In this document: positions 10,827 through 24,617 of the stretch, piece by piece
Layout: each line of letters starts with the position of its first letter
How positions within the stretch are numbered: position 1 is the first letter of the stretch
Assembly: GCA_051294375.1 (NCBI GenBank)
Contig: CM119267.1
Coordinates: 2,160,793 to 2,224,792, forward strand
Direction: 5' to 3'
Origin: Paraspadella gotoi
Taxonomy: Eukaryota > Animalia > Chaetognatha
DNA length: 64,000 nucleotides
The notes under the pieces: generated by a model
Databases searched by the model: none
What the model was told of the DNA's origin: nothing
What the model saw: the letters and a program-made list of their open reading frames with translations, nothing else
Position numbers and translations under genes: made by a program

Positions 10827-13800
10827 ATTCGTTCGTCGTCATCTTTCGACGTCCGTCATCTTCGTCGTTCGTCGTCATCTTCTGTCGTCGTCGTCATCTT
10901 CGTTCGTCGTCGGTCATCTTCGACGTCGATCATCGTTCGTCAGATCGTCATCGTCGTAACGTCATCTTCGTCGTCGTTCGTCATCTTCGACGTCGTTTCA
11001 TCTTTCGTCGGGTCGTTCGTCATCTTTTCGTCGTTTCGTCTCATATTTCGTCGTCCGTCAATCTTGCGTCGTCGTCTGTCGTCATCGTTCTCGTCGTCGT
11101 CGTCATCTTCGTCGTCGTCGTCATCATTCACGCGTTCGACTCGTCAGTCCTCTCGATCGTCGTCATGCTTTCGTGCTCAGTCCGTCTATCGTCGTCGTCA
11201 TTTACGTCGTGTCGTCGTCATCTTCTCGTCTGTCCGTTCATCATCTCGTCGTCGTCAATCTTCTCGGTCGTCGTCGTCATCTTCGACGTTCGTCACTTTC
11301 GTTCGTCGTCGTCATCTTCGTGTCGTCGTCATCCTTCGTCGTCGTCGTCATCTTTTCGCGTCGTCATGCTTCGCGCTCGTCCATTTCGTCGTCGTACATC
11401 TTCGTCGTCGTCGCATTCTTCGACGTGTGCGTCGCTGTCCGTGTCCATACGACGATCCGTCGGTTCGTCGTCTCGTGTCGCTCAGAGTTCGTCGTGCATT
11501 CTTGGAATTCGACGTCCGCGTCATCTATCGTTATGTGCGTCATCTGAGCTCCGTCTTCTCGTCTTCGTCGTCGTTCGTCATCTTCGATCGTCGTTCCTGT
11601 CATATCCTCGTCGTCGTTCATCTTCGTCGTCGTCGTCATCTTCGTCGTCGTCGTCATCTTCGTCGTCGTCGTCATCTTCGCGATCGTCATCTTCGTCGCG
11701 TCGTCATCTTCGTCGTCGTCGTCTCTTCGTCGTCGTCGCTCATCTTCGACGTCGTCATTCGTCGTTCGTCAGTCGTCGTCGTCATCTTCGTCGTCGTCGT
11801 CTCGTTCGGACGTCGTCATTCTTCGTCGTCGTGGTCAATCATCTTCGTCGTCCGTCATCTTCGTCGTCGTCCGTCATCTCGAGCGTCGAGTCATTCTTCG
11901 TCTGTCGTCATCGTTGCGCGTCGTCATTCTTTCTCGTCGTCCGTCATCCGCGTGTCATCTTTCGGATCGTCGTCTTCATCTTCGTCGTCCCGTCGTCCAT
12001 CTTCTGTCGTCGTCTTCCATCTTCGACGTCGTCATCTTCGTCATCGTCATCACTTCGTCGTCGTCAATCTCTCCGTCGTACGTCATGTCATCGTCTCGAT
12101 CGTTCGTCGCTCGTCATACGTTCGTCGTCGTCATCTTCGTCGTCGTCGATCATCTTCTCTTCGACTTCTCCGTCGTCATCTTCGCTCTGTCGTGATTTGA
12201 CGTGTCATCTCTCGTCGTCGTCCGCATTCATCTTCTGTTCGTCGTCTTCATCTTCGACGTCGTCATTCTCGTCGTATCATGTCGCGTTCATCGTCGTCGT
12301 CGCATCGTTCGTCGTCGTCGTCACTTCGATCTTCTCGTCGTCATCTTCTCTGATCTCGTCGTCGTCATTTCGTCGTCGTCGTCATCTTCGTCGTCGTCGT
12401 CTGTCTTTCGACGTCGTCATTCTGTCGTCAGGTCGTCATCGTTCCATCTGTCGTGTCTTCATCCTTCGTCGATCTCGTCGTCGTCATCTTCGTCGTCGTC
12501 GTCATTTTCTGCTCTCCGTCGTCTCATCTTTCGTCGTCGTCGGTCGTCGTCATCTTCGACCGTCGTCATTCTGCGTCCGTCCGTCGGCTCACTTGTCGTC
12601 GTCTTCATCTTCACGTCGTATCTCGCGTCGTATCATCTTCGACGTCGTCATCCTTCGTCTCAATCGCTTCATCGTCGTCGTCATCTTCGTCCGTCCTCGT
12701 CGTCATCTTCGACGTCCGTCATCTTCGTCTTGTCGTCAATCGTGGTCGCTCACTTTCGTCCGTTATCTTCTAGCGTCATCTCGTCGTCGTATCATCTCGT
12801 CTCGCATTCTGCGTCGTCACTCTCTCGTCGCGTCACTTCGCGGTCATGTCGTCGTCGTGGCGTTTCATCTTTGTCCGTCGGCCTCATCGCGTCGTCATCT
12901 TCGTCGTCGCTCATCCTCGTCGTCATCTGTCGTCGTTTCGTCGTCGTATCTTCGTCTCGTCCTCGTCGTCGTTCATCTGTCGTCGTCGTCATCTTCGTCG
13001 TTCTGTCGTCGTCGTCGTCTCTCCTTCATCTTTGTCGTCGTCTTGCATCTTCCGTCCGCTTCGTCGTCGATCATCTTCGTCGTCGTCATCTTCGAGTCGT
13101 CTGTCATCCTTGTCGTCGTCGTCCATCTTCGCGTCGATTCCGTCGTCAGTCTCCTCGTCGTCCCATCTTTGTGCGTCATCTGTCGTCATTGGCGTCGCAG
13201 TCTACGTCGTGTCGTCATCGCCATTCGTACCGTCGTCATCTTCGTCGTCTCTTTCTCATTCTGTCGTCGTCGTCTCTGTCGTCATTTCGTCGTCGCATCT
13301 CTCGTCGGCTCGTCGTTCGTTCGGTCATCTTCTGGACGTCCGTCATTCTTCGTGCGTCGTCCGTGCATCTTCGTCCGTCGTCGTCATCTTCGTCTCGTCG
13401 TGTCAATCTTCGACGTCGTCATCTTCGTCATCGTCATCGTCGTTCTTCCATCTTCGTCGTCGTCCGTTTTTTTTTTTCACTTTTCTTTCGGGAAACGGGG
13501 TTCGTCATCTTCGTTTCGCTCGTTCGTCTATCTTCGTCGTCGTCGTCATCGTTCGTTCGTCCGACCGTCAATCTTCGACGTCGTCATCTTCAGCTCATCG
13601 TCATCGTCGTCCGTCATCTTCGTCGTCGCTCTCGTGCATCTTCGTCGTCGTACGTCATCTTCGTCGTCGTCGCTCATCTTCGTCGTCGTCGTCATCTTCG
13701 TCCGTCGTGTCGTTCATCTTCGTCGTCGTCCGTTATCTATCCGACGTCGTCATCTTCGGACGTCTATCTTCGGTCGACGTTCGTCGATCTTCGTCGTCGT

Positions 13801-14867
13801 TCGTTCATCTTCGTCGTTCGTCGTCATCTTCGTCGTTCGGTCGTCATCTTTCGCGCCGTCGTCATCTTCGTCGTCGGTTCGTCATCTTCGTCGGTCGTTT
13901 CGTCATCTTCGATGCGTCGTCTATCTCGTTCGGTCGTCGTCATTCTTCGACGTCGTCACTCTTCGTTCGTCGTTCGTCAGTCTTTCGTCGTCGGTCGTCA
14001 TCTTCGTGCCTGTCGTCGTCCATCTTCGAGTCAGTCATCTCGTCGTCTCGTCATGCTTCGTCGATCGTCGTCATCTTCGACGTCGTCATCTTCGTCATCG
14101 TCATCGTCGTCGTCATCTCGTCGTCGTCGTCATCTTCGTTTCGTCGTCTGTCATCTTCGTCGTCCGTCGTCATCTTCGTCGTCGTCGTCATCTCGTTCGT
14201 CGTCGTCATCTTCGTCTCGGTGCGTCAGTCATCTTCGACGTCGTCATCTCTCGACGTCGTCATCTTCGTTCGTTCGTTCGTCATCTATCGTCGTCGTCGT
14301 CATCTTTCGTCGTCGTCGTCATTCTTCGTTGTCGTCGTCATACTTTGCGACGTCGTCATCTTTCGTCGTCGTCGTCATCTCGTCGTTCGTTCGTCATCTT
14401 CGACGTCGTCATTTCGTCGTCGTCGTGCATCTTCGACGTCGTCCATCTTCGTCGTCGTCGTCATCTTCGTCGTCGTTCCGTCATCTCGTCGGTCGTCGAT
14501 ATCTTCGACGTCGTCATTCTTGCGTCGTCGTCGGTCATCTTCGTCGTCGTGCGTCATCTTTCGACGTCGTCATCTTCGTCATCGTCATCGTCGTCGTCAT
14601 CTTCGCTCGTCGTGTTCAGGCATCTCGACGTCGTCATCTTTCGTCGTCGTTCGTCATCTTCGTGGTCGTCGTCATCTTGTTTCGTCGTCGTTCATCTTTC
14701 GACCGTGTTCGTCATCTCGTCATCGTCATTCGTCGTCGTCATCTTCGTGTCGTCATCGTCGTCGTCGTCATCGTTGTCGTCTTCATTGTCGTCGTTAAAT
14801 CACCTCCTCGGTCGTTCGTCATCCTCGTCGTCGTCGTCATCGTTGGTTCGTCGTCGACGTCGTCGTC
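10827..14867. repeat. Second rendering of the same TCG array, following a 25-N gap
   Basis: Shares internal landmarks (e.g. ccgttttttttcactttt at ~7311 and ~13464) and the right flank CCCAGTCGGCTTCCGAGGTTCGG with the first array. Confidence 0.9.
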
Positions 14868-15454
14868 CCAGTCGGCTTCCGAGGTTCGGGTGCTCAGAAT
14901 TCTTTTATCACCGGATTGGGATTAGGAAATTTCAGGGGTTAAGGAGGAGAAAAGAGGAGGAGGAGGAGGNNNNNNNNNNNNNNNNNNAGGAGGAGGAGGA
15001 GAAAGGGAGGATATAATGAGGGAGAAGTGAAAAGAGGGACATAGTGAATCGCAAAGAGAGGAGGTTCTAAGAAAAGAAAAGAAATAGAAAGAAAAAAAAG
15101 GAAAGAAAGAAAGAAAGGAGCTCATAATGGACAAGGAAGAGGAATGACTATGAGGTTAAGGAGAAACGTGGGTGCTCTATCTCAAACGAGAGAGAGATAG
15201 TACAATCGGCCGGCGGGAAGGCCTTTCCCATATTCCGTATGGGCCCTAGAGGCGGGTGAAACTGGCTATGCGAAAATGCTGTGGGGTGGTAAGAGGAGGG
15301 GGGGAGAAGGGAGATGGGGAGGGAAAGAGTAAGGAAAAAGAGGAGGGGAAGAGTTTTACGAAGGGAAGAGGGAAGGTTAGAGAGAGAAGAGTTGGAGAGA
15401 GAGAGAGTGGGAATAAGAGAGAAAAGAAAGGACAAGAGAGGAAGGGGAAGTTCA

Positions 15455-17673
15455 TAACGTGAAATGATTTAGTAGTTGGCATAAGTCAAGAGAATTGCAG
15501 CTGCGAATAACTCCTTGCCGTTTCTCGTCTCTCTCTCTCTCTCATCTCTCTTCTCTCTAGCTCTCCTCTGCTCCATCTCTCGTCTGCTCTCTCTCTCTCT
15601 CTGCTCTCTCTCGTCTTATACCTTTTCAACAGGCTCGATTGAGCAGAACGTCAGCATAAATCGTCATTTTAAATTTTTTTTCGCTTTTTTTGTTTCGATT
15701 TCCGCTGTTGAGGGAATTTACATTCAAGTAAAAGAGGAATCAGTATTTTTATTAAGTATTCCAATGATAGAAAGGGCAGCGCGCACAACTATGACGAGCG
15801 ACGACGACAACGACGGACGCCGGGCTAAACCATTCAACTTTGCCGGAAATGAATCCGAATTTATAGTTTTTTTAGGACTCGGAATTTCATTTGTTGACAT
15901 CGAATCGGAAAACTTGACCATAAAATGTGCGCTTATAAATTGAGTTCTTAATATTGTGGTTTTTTTGTGGTTTTTATTATTTTATAGTTTATACTATACA
16001 AATTTAAAATGTAAGTTAAGTGCAGTTTAAGAATTAATTAAATTAAGCAGAATGTGGTGGTATATTCACAGCATATATAGCTGCAGCCAATCCGCGATGG
16101 CTCAGAGGGGGAACACACCATGCCGTCCGGCGTTAATGGATTCCAGTCTACAGTCCTAACGCCTTCCTCTGCGTTGGCAAAAGCGAGACCTGTCATAGGT
16201 AACCGCGGCCAAGTGACGCGGAGGACACACTGAGGGTCCGAAGCCCGCCAAAGGGCAAACAGTGACATTCCGCGCATCCCAATGGATTTCAGCAGGGCAA
16301 CCCGGCTGTTGACATAAGGACCCCTTTAAAAAAAATATGGAAAAATTAAATATTTTTTCGTAACAATCGAGGAAATTTAAGCACATAGAAATAGCATGGA
16401 GTTATTCTTGAACGAGGTAAAGATAATAAATCACAAACGTCTTTGAAACAATTAGTTTTGTATTGTTATATATCAATTAATCAGTTAATATGCATCGCGC
16501 CTCCATATTAATGTACTGCGTCACAGCCTGTAAATAAATTGTTGAATCCCCGAAAAAATAATGAATGCGGGATTGAAAAGTAGGATGAAGTAAGCCAGCG
16601 GCCACCGTTTGGCGTAGACGAGATAAGGAAACATGTTCCATGTGACAAGAGTGAGAGCGAGAACGAGGACGAGAGTGAGCTGGAGTCGCCCACCCCAAGT
16701 GAAGTCGAGCGTCTCCCATTGATTTCGGGTTCAATGGTTTCGGCGCGAAGTTTGTTTTGCTGTTTCGCTGTTTGTTTTTTTTTGTTTTTTTTAATAATAG
16801 AAAATACACAATACAGTTAGTTGTGAAAAGTGAAAAGAGTGGATTTAATATAGATCGCAATGGCTGAGCGAGGCTAAAATCATTGTCGTCTCAACCGAGC
16901 AAGAAAAATACTTTCCGCTTTTTTAAGCTACTAAATACTAACAGATGAGAATATTCGAATATTAATTGGGAAAACTAAGTTAATTATTGAAAACTTTTAA
17001 AGTATTGCTGAAATGGGTAAAATATGACTATTATGAAAACCGAATCAAGAAGTAATATGAGAAATTATCTAAACTGCTGGCAGATATGTAAATGAGCATT
17101 TAAGAAACTGCAAATCTCATTTTGTAAGGAAGCCGCAAAATTATTCTCCTACAGTCACAGTCGCTTGGGCATTTCCTGACTAAAATATGACGCCAGTGCA
17201 CTGATGGTCAGTAGCACCTTCGCTAGTTTTGTTGAGGAAACACTGCGGCCCTCGGTATTATCGAGCGGTCCTGATATATAAAGATATTATTTTAATTATG
17301 TTTATAAGCAACGGCAAGTGAATTTAACGCTTCGACGAGTAAAGCGCGTGCGCCAAAATCAGCTGAAAATTAAAAACATGTTTTATTCTTTTTGAGTCTC
17401 CCTCTTTCACTGATGATGACTTAGAAAAAATAAGGCGAAAAAATATGGCCAAACAAAAAAGTTTGTTTTTTAAATTTTACTCGACTGTCTTCTCCATTAT
17501 GATAATTAAATTATTCAATTTAAAACAACTGGTTTTGGCAGAAGGCTCAGTAATGTTTACTGTGTATTTTATTTTAATTAAAAATTTTATTTATATTTTA
17601 TTGGCGTTTTGAAATAAATATTGTGAGAGGTGAATGCGACGGTAAAAGTTTTTATGAGAGCCAAAATGAGAGA

Positions 17674-17754
<81 letters not shown>

Positions 17755-20700
17755 AAGGAAACAGAGGTGGTGAGTGAATTCGATGTTGTGACGGGTTTTT
17801 CATTAACGAAGCTGCGCAATACAAACCACAGGGTTGGATTTCAGAAGGATTTTTTCAGTACGAAGGTATGCAAACCCGGTTGTTAGAGAAAGCGAGATTG
17901 AGTGGAGAGAAAAGAGAGGAGAGGAGAGAGAGAGAGAGAGAGGAGAGAAGAAGAGAGAGAGAGAGAGAGAAGAGAGAGAAAGGAGAGAGAGAGAGCGGAA
18001 GAAAAGATGCTAAGAAATGTCTCGAAGGGTAGGGCTTGGTTCAAACTTTCGGATTTGATGAGCTGCCTCTTGAACAGAGGATTATATAGCCCTAACAGTC
18101 GCTTTGGTCTATGATGAATATTGTTTAAATGTGAAAGAAATTGATTGTAGTTTTAATTAGTCCGGAATTAAAATAAAAGTTCATCATTTTTATCAGCTGT
18201 ATTTTAGTAGGCAATTTGAAATTATTAAATAAAAGATTGAATTACAAGTTATTTCATTATCTACTAATGGTAAAAAGCTAAAATAGATCTCCTTTCGCGC
18301 GTCGGAAACATAAAGAAGCGTGTTTCGATATTCTTTAACGACAGATTGCGCCTTTAGCTCGCCGAGGGGATCGGTGATGAGGGGTTGTCAAACAAATGGG
18401 CTAGGCGCTAGCTGTCAGTAATAATTATCGGTAATTAATGTTTTACTGATGGTGTTTGATAATTTTTATAAAAAGAAACTATCATTAAATCAGCATGATT
18501 ATTTGTAAACTCGTAGGTGGATATAATTTGTTAAAATTTACGATTTATTTACGTAATGACACATGGATCTTCTGAGAATAAACCAATGAAGAGAACCAGT
18601 AATTATTGATTAAGTGTTAAATGACCAGAATCCGTTCAATATAAGCAGTCGCTGAGCTTTTTCGGATCAGGCTGTACACCATGTTACATAAGGCGGGTTA
18701 AGCGCCCCGTCCCTTTAAACTGCCAGACGACACGCGGGCTAGTAACCGCGCGGATGACCGTTTGGGTTGGGAGGCGAATGACTTGCCTCCGGCACCTAAT
18801 GGCTAGCTGATTGAACGGTTGGGTTGGATTTTAGTACCACCATACCCAATTAACTCTGAAACTTTTTTTTGAGTGTTGACAAATTCTTAACCTGATAGAT
18901 AAGCCAAAAGTTAAAAATAATTACTAAATCATAAACATTTACTTAAGTGAACTTTATGAGAAAAAACTGACTAATTTTCTTTTTTAACGTTTTTACAAAA
19001 TTGAATTAGATAAACAAAAGTGACTCGTGAGGGATTTGATGGATGTTTGAATGGGAGCGAATATATTATGGGTTGTCGTTCGTCGTGCGGTCCGTCGTCG
19101 TCGTTATTTGCTCAATTATACCCGAGTTCGGCAGGCAAAAAGAGGGTGACTTAGATTCACCGTCCTAAGAATGGACAAAGAGAGTGATTTAATTCACGTC
19201 CTAAGAAATGACAAGAGGTTGGATTGTAATTCAATCACTAAAATGACAAAGAGGTGATGTTAATTCCACATCCTAAAATGACAAAAGGTGATTTAATTCA
19301 CGTCCTAAAATGAGCAAATGGAGGTGACTTAATTTCACTCCTAAAAGTGACAAGAAGAGGTGACTTAATTTTCACTCCTAAAATGAAATTATCAATGGGA
19401 CATCGACGTCGTGTGGCACAATATCATTTTTAATGCAGCGATGAGAATGAATAAGACTGAAGTAAGCCTGCTGTCATCCGTCATCCATGCATCATTCATG
19501 CAATGATATCTATCTTCTTTTTTTTTTCTCATCATCATCATATCATCATCATCGATCGTCGATTCGTCATGACATCCATCATGCGGTCGTAATATCGTCG
19601 TTCCCTTTGCGTCGTCGTCGTCATTCATCTTCGTCGTCGTCATCTTTCGTCGTCCGTCATCATCTTCGTCATCGTCGTCAATCGTCCGTTCGTCGTCGTC
19701 ATTGTCGATCATTCGTCGTCGTCGTCATCTTGTCGGTCGGTCGTCAATTCGTCGTCCCGTCATGCGTCGTCGTTTCCGTTCATGTGTCGTCGTCCCGTCG
19801 TCGTCCCAGTCGGCTTCCGAGGTTCGGGTGCTCAGAATTCTTTTATCACCGGATTGGGATTAGGAAATTTCAGGGGTTAAGGAGGAGAAAAGAGGAGGAG
19901 GAAAGGAGGAAGAGGAGGAGGAGGAGGAGGAGAAAGGGAGGATATAATGAGGGAGAAGTGAAAAGAGGGACATAGTGAATCGCAAAGAGAGGAGGTTCTA
20001 AGAAAGAAAAGAAATAGAAAGAAAAAAAGGAAAGAAAGAAGAAAGGAGCTCATAATGGACAAGGAAGAGGAATGACTATGAGTTAAGGAAGAAACGTGGG
20101 TGCTCTATCTCCTATCGCGCTTCTCTCTGCTCTCTCTTTTCTCTCTCTCTCTCTCTCGTCTCTCTCTCTCATCTCTCTCATCTCTCTCTCTCTCTCTCTC
20201 TCTATCTCGTCTCTCTCTCTCTCTCTCTCGCGCCTTGGTGTAAATATATCGAAAAAAATGATATCCTCAAAGAATTTGAGCCTTCAGATTCTTTTTCGTC
20301 GTGGACGTTTCTCGGCGTCGGCGGTCAGTCCGGTCGTGCGGATCGTCGTTGTTTTCGTCGTCGTCGTCCTCGCGTCGTCGTCATCATCGTCTTCGTCGGT
20401 CATTCATCATCACATCTCGTCGTCGTCGTCAATCGTTTTTTTTTTCTCGTCTGGTCATCGTCCTCGTCTTCGTCGTTGTTATCGTCGCGTCGTCTTCGGT
20501 AGTCGACGTCGTCATTTTCATCGTCACCTTTATCGTCATGCGTCGTCATCGTCCTCGTCGTCGTCGTCGTCGTCATTCCCATCGTCAAGGAAATCTAAAC
20601 AAACGAGTTTCTCTTTTCTCGTCATTCGATTCAATCGAAAGTTAAAAAAAAAAAGAGCCGGATAGAGACAAGAGTCGAAAAAGGGGGAGGGGAAAAGAAA

Positions 20701-21386
20701 AGCAGTTAGAGGGAGATAGAGTCACGGGAATTGCTTCCCATTTTTCCGATGGAATTCGGACGATTTGCGCCTCGAAATGCGAAGAAGGAGGGGGAGAGGG
20801 GGGAGGAAGCGGAAAAAGGGGGAGGGAAAGGGGGAAAGGGGGAAGGGGAAGAGGAAAGGGGATGGGGAATGGGGAGGAAAAGGAAAGGGGAAATGGGGAA
20901 TGGGGGGAAAGGGAAAGGGGAAATGGATAGGGGAATAAGAATGTTGGGAAAGCGGGAAAGGAAGGATTGGGAAAGGGAAAAGAAAACCGGGCAATTGGAA
21001 AAGGGGAAGGGGAAAGGGGGAAGGGGCAAAGGGGAAAGGGAAGGGAAAAGGTGCAAAGGGAATAGAGGAAAGGGTGAGAGGGGAGGGGGACCCCGGGGTG
21101 GGGAAGGGAGATGGTTGAAGGAAATTTGTGGGGGAAGTGGAAATTAAAATTTCGATGGTTGCATTTTTTCACGATGGTCACAGGTGAGCTAGCGAAGATG
21201 TAAAAAACATCTTACAGAGCACAAATTTGTGAGGAACTAAGCAAATATAAGGATTTTTATAAGGATTTTAAAAGTAAAGGTGATCGACGAGGCAGAAGCG
21301 GGCAGACGGGCAGTAGACGGAGAGTAGAGAGAGAGAGAGAAGAGAGAGAGGAGAGAGAGAGGAGAAGAGAGAGAGAGAGAGAGAGA
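15455..21386 (+). repeat. Insertion-rich duplicate of 1856-~10070, including the SLC6 exon (~16528-16719), structured element, SINE head and 32-mer; the TCG array is collapsed
   Basis: Starts with ATAACGTGAAATGATTTA as at 1856, is colinear with many single-base insertions, and ends at the 25-N gap 21387-21411. Confidence 0.9.
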
Positions 21387-21411
21387 NNNNNNNNNNNNNN
21401 NNNNNNNNNNN

Positions 21412-21427
21412 GCGTCTTGCTCTCTCT

Positions 21428-21468
<41 letters not shown>

Positions 21469-22517
21469 TCTCTCTCTCATCTCTCTCTCTACTCTCTCTC
21501 TCTCTCGTCTCTCTCTCTCTTCTTCTCTCGCGGCCTTGGTGTAAATATATCGAAAAAAAATGTATTCCTCAAAGAATTGAGCCTTCAGATTCTTTTTCGT
21601 CGTGGACGTTCTCGGCGTCGGCGTCGTCAGTCGTCGTCGTCGTTGTTATTTGTCGTCGTTCTCGTCTCCGTCGTCGTCATCATCGCTTTCGTCGTCATCA
21701 TCATCATCATCGTCGTCGCGTCGTCATCTTCATCATATCGTCGTCGTCGTCATCGTTTTTTTTCGTCTGGTCATCGTCCTCGTCTTCGTCGTTGTTATCG
21801 TCGTCGTCTTCGTAGTCGACGTCGTCATATTTCATCGTCACCTTTATCGTCATCGTCGTCATCGTCCTCGTCGTCGTCGTCGTCGTCATTCCCATCGTCA
21901 AGGAAATCTAAACAAACGAGTTTCTCTTTTCTCGTCATTCGATTCAATCGAAATTAAAAAAAAAAAGCGCCGGATAGAGACAAGAGTCGAAAAAGGGGGA
22001 GGGGAAAAGAAAAGCAGTTAGAGGGAGATAGAGTCACGGGAATTGGCTTCCCATTTTTTCCGATGGAATTCGGACGATTTGCGCCATCGAAATGCGAAGA
22101 AGGGGGGAGAGGGGGGAGGAAGGGAAAAGGGGGAGGGGAAACGGGGGAAAGAGGGGTAGAGGGGAAGAGGAAAGGGGATGGGGAAGGGAGAGAAAAGGAA
22201 AAGGGGATAATGGGGAATGGGGGGAAAGGGAAAGGGGAAATGGGATAGGGAATAAGAATGCTTGGAAAGGGGAAAGGCAGATTGGCGAAAGGGAAAAAGA
22301 AAACCGGGATTGGAAAAGGGGAAGGGGAAAGGGGGAAGGGGAAAGGGGAAAGGGAAGGGAAAAGGTGAAAGGGGAATAGAGGAAAGGGTAGAGGGGGAGG
22401 GGGACCCACCGGGGAGTGGGGAAGGGAGATGGTTGAAGAAATTTGCGGGGGAAGTTGGAAATTAAAATTATTCTCTTCTCTTTTGAAAGAAAGAAAGAAA
22501 GAAAGAGAGAGAAAGAG

Positions 22518-22551
<34 letters not shown>

Positions 22552-23020
22552 TGAGAGTGAGAGAGAGACGATGACATAATCGAGACAGACTCCATCGTTG
22601 GATCAAATTCTCTTTTTACGTTTTAACCATTTTAGAGCGAGTGACTAGAATAAACAATTAGTTTATTGTTATTTTATCTTTAATATAATTATGCGTCTGA
22701 ATTGAATGCAAATTATAATCGGTACAGTTCGATCAAATTTTTTATTCTGATCGGACGAGATTGATGATGCAACCATCTAAGTTCGGAATGACTCGAAATG
22801 TTCTAAAAGTGACAGTAACGACAACGACAACGACAACAACGACAACAACAAGGACGATTCCAACGCTCGTTTAAAAGGAGAAATGTTTACTCATTGGATT
22901 CGACAAAAAACTTTTTTTCTTTTTTTCTCCAAAAAAAAAGTTTGACAAAAGAAAAACGAAAAGAGAAAAAAAAGTTTCATTTGGAAGAAAAGATTAGAAC
23001 GAAAAAGCGAAGGGACATCT
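21412..23020 (+). repeat. Further duplicate of ~8911-10645
   Basis: Colinear unique anchors: GAGCCTTCAGATTCTTTTTCGTCGTGGAC, GATAGAGTCACGGGAATTG and TGCGTCTGAATTGAATGCAAATTATAATC. Confidence 0.88.
21560..21907 (-). CDS. Candidate exon of an Asp-rich (hyperacidic) protein; best-preserved of three copies (also ~9060-9378 and ~20260-20594)
   Basis: Follows a tttgtttag acceptor. A manual consensus of the copies reads FLDDGNDDDDDDEDDDDDDDKGDDENDDVDYEDDDDNNDEDEDDDQTKKNDDDD...DADAENVHDEKESEG. Individual copies carry frameshifts. Confidence 0.35.
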
Positions 23021-23943
23021 AAAGCCTTTGATTGAAACTTTGATAGTGAGTAGAGAAATGCAGAGAGAGAGGGACAAACGACCAGACTGGATAGAGAGAT
23101 GAGAGAAGGAGAGAGAGAGAGAGAGAGTAGAGAGAGAGAGAGAGAGAGAGAAGAGAGAGAGAAGAGAGAAGGAGAGAGAGAGAGAGAAAGAAGAGAGATA
23201 TAGGAAATAAGAGGGAAAAAAAGTAGCGAAAATGGGGAAGGAAAAAGGGGGACGTGGCAAGCTAGGAGGGAATCATCGTGCTTNNNNNNNNNNNNNNNNN
23301 NNNNNNNNGGGATGAGATTAGGAATAGAAGGGAAAATAAGATAGAGAAAGAATGGAAGGAAAATAGGTGGGGACGTGGCAGAGAGCTAGAGGCGAACATC
23401 GTCTTAACCCTTGAGATTGGCAACTTTTGTGCGAGGAGTCGGGAAATCACTAAGCAGCCTCTGATATTGGGAGCAGATGAGAGGAGAGAGAGAGAGAGAA
23501 GAGAGAGCAGAGAGAGAGAGAGAGAGGAAGAGATGAGAGAGAGAGAGAATGAGAGAGAGAGAAAAAAAAGAGTGAGAAATGAATTCTGTGGAGAAGGCAT
23601 TAATGATAATGACACTACAACTTAACTACGACGTTGAATGTCGCTAATGACTCGAGAGTCGAAGAAAGGATCGGTCCAGTTATCACTACGAAGTGAGTTT
23701 CCTCTCGAGCTAATCACTACTGGCAAGTAGAGGGAGAGATCGACTAGAGTTTCTTTAAATAATTGATTGGTTCTTAATCAGAGGAAACGACGACCGAAAA
23801 AAAAAGATTGGGAAAAGAAAAGAAAGAAGAAAAAGAGTTGAATGGATAATGGAGAAAAGAGCTCTTTTTTCCGAGAGTGCCCAATTTTTGTTCCTTTTTT
23901 TAACCTTAATTTTTATTCTAAATAAATTATTAAATCAATTTCT

Positions 23944-24390
23944 TACCCTAACCTAATCTTAAACCCAAACCGTAACCCTTATTGCTAAATTTTTAACCCT
24001 AAATGCTAGTCATTATTCCCAATCTCTTATCCCAATCTTTAATCCTAATCCATATTTCCAATCCTTAATCCTAATCCCTAGTCCCCATTCGTAATCCCAA
24101 TCCTTAATTCCAATCCCTAATCCTAATCCTTAATCATAATCCCTATTCCCAATCACTAATCCTAATACTTAATCCCTAATCCTTAATCCCAATTCGTAAT
24201 CCCCATCCCAAATCCCAATTCCTATTCCCAATCCTTAATGCTAATCCCTAATTCCTATCCATAATCCCAATCCCTATTCCTAATCCCTAATTCTAATCCC
24301 TAACCCCAAATTTCAATCCCTAACCCAAAAACTTAAGACCTTTACTTAATCATTAACCTAATCCTTAATATAATCCCTAACCTCTAACTA
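23944..24390. repeat. Degenerate CCTAAT/CCCAAT/CCCTAA hexamer-heptamer array (telomere-like interstitial repeat)
   Basis: Visible periodic cctaatccc/cccaatcc motifs. Confidence 0.8.
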
Positions 24391-24617
24391 AATTTTTTAC
24401 TAAAAAAAATTAACCTAAAATTGGGGGGTTCTGGGAAAATAAGGCCGAGAAAAGGAGTAGGAGGGAGAAAAAAGAAAAAAAGAAAAAGAGAAAAGAAAAG
24501 AAAAGAAAAGCGAATGGAAGATTTAAATGAAAAGTAAAGAAGCGAACTCTACCGATGGATTCAAGCATAAAGATGAATGGAAGAGTAAATAATTGATGGA
24601 GAAACGAAAAGACTTAA

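Noticed and set aside
5634-15016. Very long plus-strand ORFs (948, 1448, 907 and 650 aa) rich in S, R and V
   Set aside because: TCG repeats lack stop codons in all plus frames. The translations drift among SSS, RRR and VVV, one ORF crosses N gaps, and no domain is evident.
248-16719. Tandem cluster of three SLC6 paralogs
   Set aside because: The copies differ mainly by random indels, including in the flanks, and abut assembly gaps. This fits redundant raw-read sequence better than gene duplication.
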